Of a stretch of DNA of 64,000 nt, positions 35,436-46,934 are shown in pieces. This stretch comes from Macrostomum lignano. Its lineage: Eukaryota. The stretch's first letter is position 1. Each line of letters opens with the position of its first letter. The stretch spans positions 62,001 through 126,000 of the forward strand of contig NIVC01002876.1 in assembly GCA_002269645.1 (NCBI GenBank). The letters run 5' to 3'. Made by a program: the position numbers and the translations under genes. Under the pieces are notes generated by a model. It saw nothing but the letters and a program-made list of their open reading frames with translations, did not search any database and was not told the origin of the DNA.

Positions 35436-38400
35436 TTAATCCCACAGTCTAATAGTGCCGTCCCAACCGGAAGTGACAACTTTGCTAGTCTCGTACGGCA
35501 GCCAGGCAGATGACACGCACGGTCCGTCGTGCGCCTTCCACCTGGTGACAATGCGCTGCTTCTTCCAATCCCAGATGAACAATTTGCCGTCTCCGTCGCC
35601 AGACATTAGAAATTTCATATCGGGCGAGAAATCGATTGAGCAGGCATAGCCGGCGGCCATGTGGCCTTTGAAGCATTTCTTCTTCATTTGTTTCATGCCT
35701 TTGTGCACGTTGAACACGACAATCTGATTGTCTAGCGATTGGCACACCAGCCATTTGCCGTTCGGGCTCAGCGTAACAGCCGGCATGGAATGCATGGACG
35801 GGTCGCTGATATTGTTATAATCAACCGGGATGTCCCATTCCCACATGCGCAGGCTCTTATCGTCCGAGGTGGATACGAATCGTTTATTATCGTCAATAAA
35901 CGTGATGGTATTCACTGAGCCAAGGTGCCTGTCGTATTCTTGCGTCACCTCGCCGGTTCGAGTGTCCATGCAGATGATCTTTTTATTATTGCAGCCGGCT
36001 AGGAAAAAGTTGGCCTTATCCGGGTCCGGGTTGAACTTGACGCAGTAGGGCACGTGACCGAGGTCCCAGCGGTCCACGCACTTGCCCGTCTCCGTGTCCC
36101 ACAGCTTCACGTAGCGATCGTAGGAGGCCGACAGAAATTGGCTGCCGTCGTGACTGCAAGCGGGGAGATGGAGTTTGTTTGATATAATATAATCCTAGCT
36201 ATACTGATGCTTATTTCGGGACACTAGCGACACTGTTTCGGGACACTAGCGACACTGTTTCGGGACACTAGCGACACTGTTTCGGGACACTAGCGACACT
36301 GTTTCGGGACACTAGCGACACTGTTTCGGGACACTAGCGACACTGTTTCGGGACACTAGCGACACTGTTTCGGTACACTAGCGACACTGTTTCGGGACAC
36401 TAGCGACACTGTTTCGGTACACTAGCGACACTGTTTCGGGTAAATAGCGACACTGTTTCGGGACACTAGCGACACTGTTTCGGGGAAATAGCGACACTGT
36501 TTCGGGACACTAGCGACACTGTTTCGGGGAAATAGCGACACTGTTTCGGGACACTAGCGACACTGCTTCGGGGAAATAGCGACACTGTTTCGGGGAAATA
36601 ACGACACTGTTTCGGGGAAATAACGACACTGTTTCGGGGAAATAGCAAAACTGTTTCGGGGAAATAACGACACTGTTTCGGGACACTAGCGACACTGTTT
36701 CGGGGAAATAACGACACTGTTTCGGGACACTAGCGACACTGTTTCGGGGAAATAGCGACACTGCTTCGGGGAAATAGCGACACTGTTTCGGGACACTAGC
36801 GACACTGTTTCGGGTAAATAGCGACACTGTTTCGGGACACTAGCGACACTGTTTCGGGGAAATAGCGACACTGTTTCGGGACACTAGCGACACTGTTTCG
36901 GGGAAATAACGACACTGTTTCGGGGAAATAGCAAAACTGTTTCGGGGAAATAACGACACTGTTTCGGGGAAATAACGACACTGTTTCGGGGAAATAGCGA
37001 CACTGTTTCGGGGAAATAGCAAAACTGTTTCGGGGAAATAACGACACTGTTTCGGGACACTAGCGACACTGTTTCGGGGAAATAACGACACTGTTTCGGG
37101 ACACTAGCGACACTGCTTCGGGGAAATAGCGACACTGTTTCGGGGAAATAACGACACTGTTTCGGGACACTAGCGACACTGCTTCGGGGAAATAGCGACA
37201 CTGTTTCGGGACACTAGCGACACTGTTTCGGGGAAATAACGACACTGTTTCGGGGAAATAGCGACACTGTTTCGGGGAAATAACGACACTGTTTCGGGGA
37301 AATAGCGACACTGTTTCGGGGAAATAGCAAAACTGTTTCGGGGAAATAGCAAAACTGTTTCGGGGTAATAGCGGGGTTATCCCGGGGTTATCAGGCAACA
37401 AATTTTTGATAATTTTTGCAACAAAAATAATGCAACGCAAAACCCACCTGAAGCAGGCATCCCGAACTGCCTGCCGATGTCCGGAATAGGTGCGCAATAG
37501 CCGGCGTTCCTTGTACAGTTCGAACAGCTTGAGCTTGGAGTCCATGCCGGCCGATAGCAGCAGGTGGCCAGTGCGCGGGAACAGGCGGATAGCAGCCACG
37601 CCGCGATCATGCGCTTTAACCCATTCATGCAGCTGCCGTTTCGGTAGGAAGCACTTCCGGGGCCCCTCGTCTGACCGGAAATTAACGCCGGCATCGCGCG
37701 GCGGCTCCAGCAAGCTTCGGCCCTGATAGTCGGCCATAGCCGGCACGTGCATAGTGGTCTTCTCCTCCACCGGGGTCTCCTCCGGCCGGCGCTTGTTCTT
37801 GGCCTTCTTAGCCAGGTACTCCTGCATGTACTCGCGATCCTCCTCTGGCGGCGCCGCTACCAACGCTTCGTCAACGAATTTACCCCACGGTCCCAGGTAG
37901 CCTTCAATATCGGCCGGATCATTGTTAGTTCGCCGTTTCCGATTGTCGCCCGGCCGCTTCTTGACGCCTTCAAAGACTGTGACAGCGCCGCTGGCGGCGC
38001 CTCTGGCCGCGTTGCCAACCATAGCGTCGGCGTCGATGCTGGGATCCGCGGCGTAGCCGTAACTATGAAAAGTTCGACGCTGCGTCTCGAAATGAAAATC
38101 GTTCATGTGGCTGGGCTCAACAAAGCCGGTTAGGGTGTTTTTTGGCGCGGTCGACTTGCCCGGCACCTGCGGCCCGAGCACAGGAGCGAACAGCTCGTCA
38201 GCCTTGGGATTGTAGGCCAGCTCCTTGCACGTGGGATCTAGTGCCGGTCGGGAATCCCTAGTGGCCTGTTCGATTCCGCTAACGTCGGGCGTGAGATCGA
38301 GCTTGGGCACTAGCGAGCTGTGCGTCACTGGCCGGGTTGATAGAGGCGGCTGTGATGGTTGCTGCTGCAGCGGCTGAGCCTGGGGCGCAGAATCCGGTTC

Positions 38401-38448
38401 GCCTTCGTCAGAGGAAGCCTCATAGGAGACTAATGATGCGGCTGCCAT
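35436..38448 (-). CDS. CDC40: Pre-mRNA-processing factor 17 (WD40); ~572 aa
   Basis: Exons 38448-37448 and 36153-35436 joined by a phase-2 intron. Motifs include HFETQRRTFHSYGYAADPS, YLGPWGKF, DYQGRSLL, CFLPKRQLH, EYDRHLG and FKGHMAAGYAC. Confidence 0.96.
36215..37370. repeat. Intronic minisatellite, 22 bp (TTCGGGACACTAGCGACACTGT and variants)
   Basis: Fills the CDC40 intron 36154-37447. Confidence 0.96.
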
Positions 38449-38539
38449 CCTTCATGCAATAGAAGAGCAGGGAAGTTCATTACAATAGTTAGTACGAGCA
38501 GAAATGTTGCCTAGAGAATTCAACTTGGATACCATGTGT

Positions 38540-39300
38540 GCTGGGATCATGAGATGCTGGGATCATGAGATGATATCATGTGATGCTGATAGCATGTGAT
38601 GCGAAGATCATGTGATGCTGATAGCATGTGATGTTGATAGCATGTGATGCTGATAGCATGTGATGCTGATAGCATGTGATGCTGATAGCATGTGATGCTG
38701 ATAGCATGTGATGCTGATAGCATGTGATGCTGATAGCATGTGATGTTGATAGCATGTGATGCTGATAGCATGTGATGCTGATAGCATGTGATGTTGATAG
38801 CATGTGATGCTGATAGCATGTGATGTTGATAGCATGTGATGCTGATAGCATGTGATGTTGATAGCATGTGATGCTGATAGCATGTGATGCTGATAGCATG
38901 TGATGCTGATAGCATGTGATGCTAATAACATGTGATGCTAATAACATGTGATGCTAATAACATGTGATGCTGATAACATGTGATGCTGATAGCATGTGAT
39001 GCAGATATGATTTGACGCAGATTATGTGATAGTGAAATCATGTGATGCTGAGATCATGTGAGGATGGGATCATGCAATGATGAGATCATAGGATGCTGAT
39101 AGCATGTGATGATGAGATCATGTGATGCTGAGATCATGTGATGCTGAGATCATGTGATGCTGAGATCATGTGAGGATGAGATCATGTGATGCAGATATGA
39201 TTTGATGCAGATTATGCGATAGTGAGATCATGTGATGCCGAGATCATGTGATGCTGAGATCATGTGATGATGAAATAATGTGAATGATGTGATGCTTTGG
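38540..39300. repeat. Minisatellite, 16 bp (CATGTGATGCTGATAG)
   Basis: Array upstream of CDC40, decaying toward the right. Confidence 0.94.
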
Positions 39301-39810
39301 TCATGTGATTAAGTCAGGCTGTGATATTGTCAGTGACACTAACTAAACGGCTACTTTGAGTATTAGAATAAGTTTAGGTAATTTAAATATTATGCCACTA
39401 CACTAGCCTTTGTATGCAAAGATTTGAAAGAAAAAAGTAAAGCCAAAGAATTCTGCTATTCGTAGCCAATAACAGTAGCGATATAAGTATTTATATGCAA
39501 TTAATATCAGGTATGAACTGCGCGGAATGGTTTCATTAAAAAAAGCAAAAAACATATTTAAGCAAATTAATACAGGTGCAGAAAAACCTTTAACCGATCC
39601 CCAGCCACCAGGTGAAAGTGTGCGGCAAGGAATACGAAAGTTTAAAAATACAGGATTAATAACCCTTGCCTAGCTGACATAGACGGTAGTATAGTAAGCA
39701 AGTAATCAGGAAGCAGGTAAAAATGAAGGACTAGAGATATACCGCAGGCGCATGACATAATCAGGTACAGAATTGGCAGAGATGTTAATTTCAACTTTCA
39801 CAGCAATGTT

Positions 39811-40090
39811 GGCCGTAGCCCAGTGGTCTAACGCGGCGCTCTGATGCACCAGCGGCCCAGGCTCGATTCCAAGTGCAGTCACATTAATTTGGGGCTGAAC
39901 TGGAATCTCGGCTTGGCTTTGCTTGTGCAATTAACGCCTTTGAGGACCAACCCCCCCCCCCCAAGGCACAGTGAAGTGTACATGCCTAACGATAAATAAA
40001 GTTAGGGCCGCTGTTCACTCCTGTGTGAGTGTGTGCCTGTGCGTATGACTGCGTACGTATCCGCGCGCTTGTGTGCCTGCTCAGGGGAGT
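39811..40090 (+). mobile_element. tRNA-derived SINE (family B), copy 2
   Basis: TAGCCCAGTGG (A box) ... GGCTCGATTCC (B box); body resembles 13700-13880 on the opposite strand. Confidence 0.55.
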
Positions 40091-40828
40091 CGGCGGAATG
40101 GGCAGCAATGCCTCTCGCCGGTTGTCCCATGCACTGGAATATTGCTAAACGAAAATTGAAAATTTCCAATAGCAGAATTTGTACAAATTAGTGGCACAAT
40201 AAAAACAAACAATAAGGGTTAATTAATACATAAATTACAATCATTCTCATAATACCGTAAAAACCACCTCAGAAGAAAGAAGAAACAAAGGCATACACAG
40301 TCTAAACGATTGAGTCCGTTTTTGTTAAACAGCACTGGCCCGACTTTGGCGATATGTAGCGAAAGTAATAAAAAACAAAGACAAAATTTTGGGGAGATTA
40401 CACTGTTCAATTAGAAAAAAATCAATATAAAAACTACCTAGATTTTTAACGATAACTTTAAATTTAACCAAGGCGTCTGACTTATCATAATTGAGCTGGT
40501 AACGATCTCCAAGATTCCAAAAGCATTGCATTGAAAAGCTGGACAGAATGGCAACAAAGAAAAAAAACAGATAAATAGAAAAACAGAGAACGGAGAGCGG
40601 CGGTGCAATTCTGGGGTACTTTTTGATACTAATTTGATAAACAATTTTTATAACAAAGGTTGCCCAGCACCGCACAACAGGAGGAAAATAATTAAAAAAT
40701 AAGATCTAGTCGCCAAATTATTGATCGATTGAAATAGACCGAACTGCAGATTTTGATGCGCTGAATAACCAACAGCCAAGAATTTCGGCGACGAAGTCAA
40801 TTCTGCTTTTCAGTCTGCTTGAGAAACT

Positions 40829-42223
40829 TCAGTCTTGATTTGCCTGCGCTTCGGCCCGTAGCTGCTCAATCTTCTTCATTGGAAGAGACTGCGGCACTTT
40901 GAATATTTGCTGAAAGTTAAAGCAATGCATTACATTCAATAATAATAATCATAATCATCATTTTCATTGACTACACCTGCCCCAATCGGGCCAGATGTGC
41001 AACCGACAGCTCAGCCGCAGCTATTGCGCGGCGCATCTGAAGCTGGGTTTATTTTTTGTGCGTAGAGTGTGCATATGCACCTTAAATTTAAAAATTGCAC
41101 CCTGAAATTGAAATGTAGGTGCAGTTTAAGTGCAGTCTCATAACATATATTTCTATTAAAGCCTCATCTGCACTGCTTTAAAATAAGAAAAAAATGCACT
41201 TTGAGCCTTAAAATTGCACTATGAAAGTGAGCATAGGGTGCGATTTTGCACCTTGTCTCTGGCAAAAAAGAAAACCCTGATCTGAAGGCTGCGTACGGCT
41301 GTTCAGTCCAAGGACTGGGGGGTCGCCACACACACCCTCAATTACCCCAGCTAATGCTGGCACCCATTTTACAGCTGGGTGAACTGAAGCAATGCAGAGT
41401 TAAGTGTCTTGTTCAAGGACACAGATTGTTTCAGTGGGATCAGGAATCGAACCCCTGACCTTCAAGTCGTGAGTCCGACACTCTAACCACTAGGCTACAA
41501 CCTTGTATGTCACTGAAATCAGTTACTAGTGTGTCACTGAAATAAGTCACTAGTGTGTCACTGAAATCAGACGCCAGTGTGTCACTGAAATCAGTTACTC
41601 TTGTGTCACTGAAATCAATCACTAGTGGGTCACTGAAATCAGCCTCTAGTGTGCCACTGAAATCAGTTGCCAGTGTCACAACCTACTATTTTAGAAAGTA
41701 AGTTACAAAATGAAGCAAGGCATCTCACCGGAATGAAGGTGTGACAGTGCAGCACATTCCGGTCCTGCACCATCTGTTGGAAAACTTTAATCGCGCTGGG
41801 CAGGTCTCGACAACCCAGCAGGGCGTTCTGATTCAGATGGATCAGCGTCAGGGCTACGCGGAACAACACTTTGGAGCCTTCGAAGAACAGCACGTCCCAG
41901 ATGCGGTAGACGGTCTGTGGGAATTTACGAGCGTACAGTCACTGTTGTTTATCAGTTCTCATTCCCAGCTCCATTTCATATCTACCGCGAAAGCTATCTG
42001 TTGGCCAGGGGGGGGGGGCTTGTCTTGCAATTCACACAAGACGCCAACCCTCAAGGCACAGAGTGTACATGTACATGCTAGAATCAGGGCCGCGGTACAA
42101 CCAAATGACTAACAAACAAACTAACTAACTGACTAACTAACTAACTAACTGACTAACTAACTAACTGACTAACTAACTAACTGACTAACTAACTAACTGA
42201 CTAACTAACTAACTGACTAACTG

Positions 42224-42266
<43 letters not shown>

Positions 42267-45200
42267 GACTAACTGACTAACTAACTAACTGACTAACTAA
42301 CTAACTGACTAACTAACTAACTGACTGACTAACTAACTAACTGACTAACTAACTGACTAACTAACTAACTAACTAACTAACTGACTAACTAACTGACTAA
42401 CTAACTGACTAACTAACTGACTAACTAACTAACTAACTATCTGACTAACTAACTAACTAACTAACTGACTAACTAACTGACTGACTGACAAACTAACTGA
42501 CTGACTGACTAACTAACTAACTAACTGACAAACTAACTAACTGACTAACTAACTGACTAACTGACTAACTAACTGACTAACTAACAGACTAACTAACTAA
42601 CTAACTGACTAACTAACTGACTAACTAACTAACTGACTAACTGACTGACTAACTAACTAACTGACTAACTAACTGACTGACTGACAAACTAACTAACTGA
42701 CAAACTAACTAACTGACTGACTAACTAACAGACTAACTAACTGACTAACTAACTGACTAACTAACTAACTGACTAACTAACTGACTAACTGACAAACTAA
42801 CTAACTGACTGACTAACTAACAGACTAACTAACTGACTAACTAACTGACTAACTAACTAACTGACTAACTAACTGACTAACTGACTAACTAACTAACTGA
42901 CTAACTGACTGACTGACAAACTAACTAACTGACTAACTAACTGACTAACTGACTAACTGACTAACTAACTGACTAACTAACAGACTAACTAACAGACTAA
43001 CTAACTAACTGACTAACTAACTGACTAACTAACTAACTGACTAACTGACTGACTAACTAACTAACTGACTAACTAACTGACTGACAAACTAACTAACTGA
43101 CAAACTAACTGACTGACTAACTAACTAACTGACTAACTAACAGACTAACTAACTGACTAACTAACTGACTAACTAACTAACTGACTAACTAACTAACTGA
43201 CTAACTAACTGACTAACTAACTAACTGACTGACTAACTAACTGACTAACTAACTGACTAACTAACAGACTAACTAACAGACTAACTAACTGACTAACTAA
43301 CTGACTAACTAACTGACTAACTGACTAACTAACTGACTAACTAACTGACTAACTAACAGACTAACTAACTGACTAACTAACTAACTGACTAACTAACTGA
43401 CTAACTAACTGACTGACTAACTAAATAACTAACTGACTGACTAACTAACTGACAAACTAACTAACTGACTGACTAACTAACTAACTGACTAACTAACAGA
43501 CTAACTAACTGACTAACTAACTAACTGACTAACTAACTGACTAACTAACTGACTAACTGACTGACTAACTAACTAACTGACTAACTAACAGACTAACTAA
43601 CTGACTAACTAACTAACTGACTAACTAACTGACTAACTAACTGACTAACTGACTGACTAACTAACTAACTAACTAACTAACTGACTAACTGACTGACTGA
43701 CTGACTAACTAACTAACTGACTGACTAAATAACTAACTGACCAACGAACTAAACTATATAAATAACTAATTAACTACGAGCTACTACTGCTGTTGCAAAA
43801 TCAACCCGCATACCCCATTGCAAATCTGCCAGCGGATTCTGCAATCATTTTAGCTAAAACACGCACCTCAACAGGCAGCACATCCGCGTAGAGGCAGATG
43901 AACCATTTAAGCGTCACCATGGGAAACGTGACGCCATAATCTTTCATAAATTTGTGCACCTGAGGCAGTTTCTCTTGAACCAATCGGCCAAGCACGTAGC
44001 ACTCAGCCTGGAAGCTGGCCATGCTGGGCTGATAGTAACCGGGCAAAATTCGATTCACCAAAGTGTCCAACAGCCAGAAGGCTTTCTCTTCGTCTTTAAC
44101 CACGAGTAGCATGAGCGCTGTTACGTAATTCAATCCCTGGCAATAACCAACTGCCGGATTCTTCTTGCCAAAGGCGTACAACACGTTAAATAGAGCTTGC
44201 ATCTGCGACTCGCTGTTGCCAAATTCTTTAAAGTGCACATTCTCCGGGAATGTTCTGTGCAGATCGAGTCGCACCTGCGGCGCGCAATAAAACTAAACAT
44301 TTAATTAATCATTTCCTATATTGACACCTACTTATAGTAGTGTAAAATGTTTCGCGAGTTATTAAGAGTACATTGATGAAGCTGATACACAATAAAAGTG
44401 ACGCTGTTAGTGAAAATAAAGGACGAGAAATATGAAATACTTACGAGCAAATATGAAATTTATACTAATTGCTACAGCTTGATATTCAACGCGACACATT
44501 GGCCTTCGAGAGATAAGTCAGTAAGCGAATTTATTACAAAACAGCAGGAAATATGACTTATTAAGATAATTACACTTATAATTTATACACTTATTACGGA
44601 GTCGCTAGTGTGTCACTCAAATCTATAATGAGTCACTAGTGCGTCACTGAAATCTACTATATTGAGTCACTGAAATCTACTATATTGAGTCACTAGTGCT
44701 TCACTGAAATCTATTATAATGAGTCACTAGTGCTTCACTGAAATCTACTATATTTATTCAGTTACTAGTGTGTCACTGAAATCTACTATATTGAGTCACG
44801 ACTCACTAGTGCTTCACTGAAATCTATTATAATGAGTCACTAGTGCTTCACTGAAATCTACTATATTTATTCAGTTACTAGTGTGTCACTGAAATCTACT
44901 ATATTGAGTCACGACTCACTAGTGCTTCACTGAAATCTATTATAATGAGTCACTAGTGCTTCACTGAAATCTACTATATTGAGTCACTAGTGCTTCACTG
45001 AAATCTATTATAATGAGTCACTAGTGCTTCACTGAAATCTATTATATTTATTCAGTTACTAGTGTGTCACTGAAATCTACTACGAGTATATTGAGTCACT
45101 AGTGCGTCACTGAAATCTACTATATTGAGTCACTAGTGCGTCACTGAAATCTACTACAGTGAGTCACTAGTGCGTCACTGAAATCTACTACAGTGAGTCA

Positions 45201-45873
45201 CTAGTGCGTCACTGAAATCTACTACAGTGAGTCACTAGTGCGTCACTGAAATCTACTATATTAAGTCACTAGTGTGTCACTGATGCATACAGTATTTTAT
45301 GTGTTACTGTGTCACATCATGTGTCACTGATGCATACATAATTGATGTGTCACTGTGTGTCATAATGTGTCACTGTGTCATAATGTGTCACTAAAGTCTA
45401 CTATATTGAGACACTCGTGTGTCACTGAAATCTACTATATTGAGTCACTAGTGTGTCACTGATGCATACAGTATTTGATGTGTCACTGTGTCTCATAATG
45501 TGTCACTGAAGCCTAACTGTACTTTAGCCAGTTGCTGCGGCGGCATAAGCCGATGCCCTGCCAGACCCCAGCCGCTCACCTGATTGGCCACAGCATCATC
45601 CTCGGCCACATTGCCCAGCAGGGTTTTATAGTAACCAGGCCGCTCATTAAGCCTGCCCTGCGCCCCGGAGACCAGCATCCAGACATCGGAGCGCAATTCT
45701 CTCGGTATGCCTTTGCGAATGAATCGTTTCAGCTTGCCGCTGCGACTCTGCAGCTCGGACTGGTTGAGGCTCTGCCAGCGGCCAGACCGCCTGTCCAGCA
45801 CAGAGGCGTAGTCGCCAACAAATTCATCGAAAGCTCGTCGTTCATCGTCGGTCAGTTCGAAGCCGTAATCCAT
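40829..45873 (-). CDS. GRTP1: Growth hormone-regulated TBC protein 1 (Rab-GAP, TBC1D6); 322 aa
   Basis: Exons 45873-45580, 44274-43867, 41914-41729 and 40909-40829, all phase 0. Motifs YGFE, KRFIRKGIP..LRSDVW, DLHRTFPEN, GYCQGLN, WFICLYADVLPVE and RIWDVLFFEGSKVLFRVAL. Confidence 0.93.
40940..41502 (-). mobile_element. SINE family A, near full-length copy interrupted by a MITE
   Basis: Head TAGCCTAGTGGTTAGAG..GGTTCGATTCC, CORE-like body, and a tail ending in (ATT)n-like sequence near 40940. Confidence 0.8.
41043..41279. mobile_element. hAT-type MITE, 237 bp
   Basis: 8-bp TSD ATCTGAAG at 41035-41042 and 41280-41287; the site is single in the other SINE copies. TIRs are CTGGGTTTATTTTTTG and CAGGGTTTTCTTTTTTG. 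Confidence 0.82.
41509..41678. repeat. Intronic minisatellite, 24 bp (ACTAGTGTGTCACTGAAATCAGTT)
   Basis: About 7 copies in GRTP1 intron 3. Confidence 0.9.
42112..43755. repeat. (CTAA/CTGA)n tetranucleotide satellite, 1.6 kb
   Basis: Fills GRTP1 intron 2. Confidence 0.97.
44600..45510. repeat. Intronic minisatellite, ~34 bp (GAGTCACTAGTGCGTCACTGAAATCTACTATATT)
   Basis: Array in GRTP1 intron 1; period 34 bp at 45127 to 45161. Confidence 0.92.
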
Positions 45874-46934
45874 GTGCTCTGAGGTTGTTTTTAATGCTAA
45901 TCTATAAACTTCAATCTCGTGATATAAAATGCTTGATAGCTCGCCAATTGAAGTGTTTCATAACCTTGAAACTTCATAAAATTAATTAACATTTATTGGA
46001 TTAGCCATCCACATTTGGGATAATATAAATACATACATACACAAATCTGTTTATAGTATTGTACATTTCCCCTCATTTTCTCAACAATGGTAATCAATTA
46101 GCAACTTGAAGCTTCAAAATTATTTTATTCAAGGCTAGTAATACAAGACACATCCCAAAATCTCTTTGTAATTGGTTTTTAACTCTCAAGAATGTAAAGA
46201 TATTGCATTGAAACCCTACACAAACCTGACTGCAAATTATTTCAGTGTATTTATAAAAATTTCAGATTAAAACATTGATCATTTTGAGTAAAATTGCATA
46301 ATTTGTGTAGCTAAGTCATGTAGCTGCACATTGCCTTTTTGGTGTTCACAATCTGCAATAAGTGGTACCATGGTAAATGAATATTTCCTAGCATTCACCA
46401 TTCACTGAGACTTTTGGGATAACCCTTGTAATGTCTAAAGTCAATCAAAAAGCTAATATTCTTACTTTCTAGGTCTAACTGAATGGCTAAGACTATATAA
46501 TTAAAAATTTATATAATTTTTAGATAAAAACAAGTAGTTCAGAATGAAATATAAAATAGATAAAAAAATAAATCAAAGTTTATCAATAGCTATTCAAAGT
46601 TTACACCTTAAAATATAATAAATATTATGTATCCATATAGGAATTAGAATAACTAATAACTAGTAACTAGTGGCACTAAATTAAATAAATATTTGTAAAA
46701 AAAGCCAGTTTGACTGACTCAATATAATAGATTTCAGTGACAAACATCTCTAGTTTCTCTTCTATTTTTTCATTGAGTTGATATTTTAGTCAGGCTTTAA
46801 AGCTCATAATAGTTATATCTATTATCTATGGAAAATCTTCTTTCTAGCTTTAATAAAGATAAAAAATCTTGTATCTTTCATACAACCCTCTTAAGCCACC
46901 ATAGAGAAAAGTGACTTTTTGAAGTGTAATAGGC

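Noticed and set aside
37060-37447. C-terminal extension of the 462-aa CDC40 ORF
   Set aside because: It is read-through into the intron minisatellite; the real exon ends at 37448.
39811-39875. tRNA genes here and at 13880-13935, 225-297 and 41440-41502
   Set aside because: A and B boxes are present, but I could not build a full cloverleaf, and each continues into a SINE body.
42112-43755. Interstitial telomere repeat
   Set aside because: The unit is TTAG/TCAG, not TTAGG or TTAGGG.
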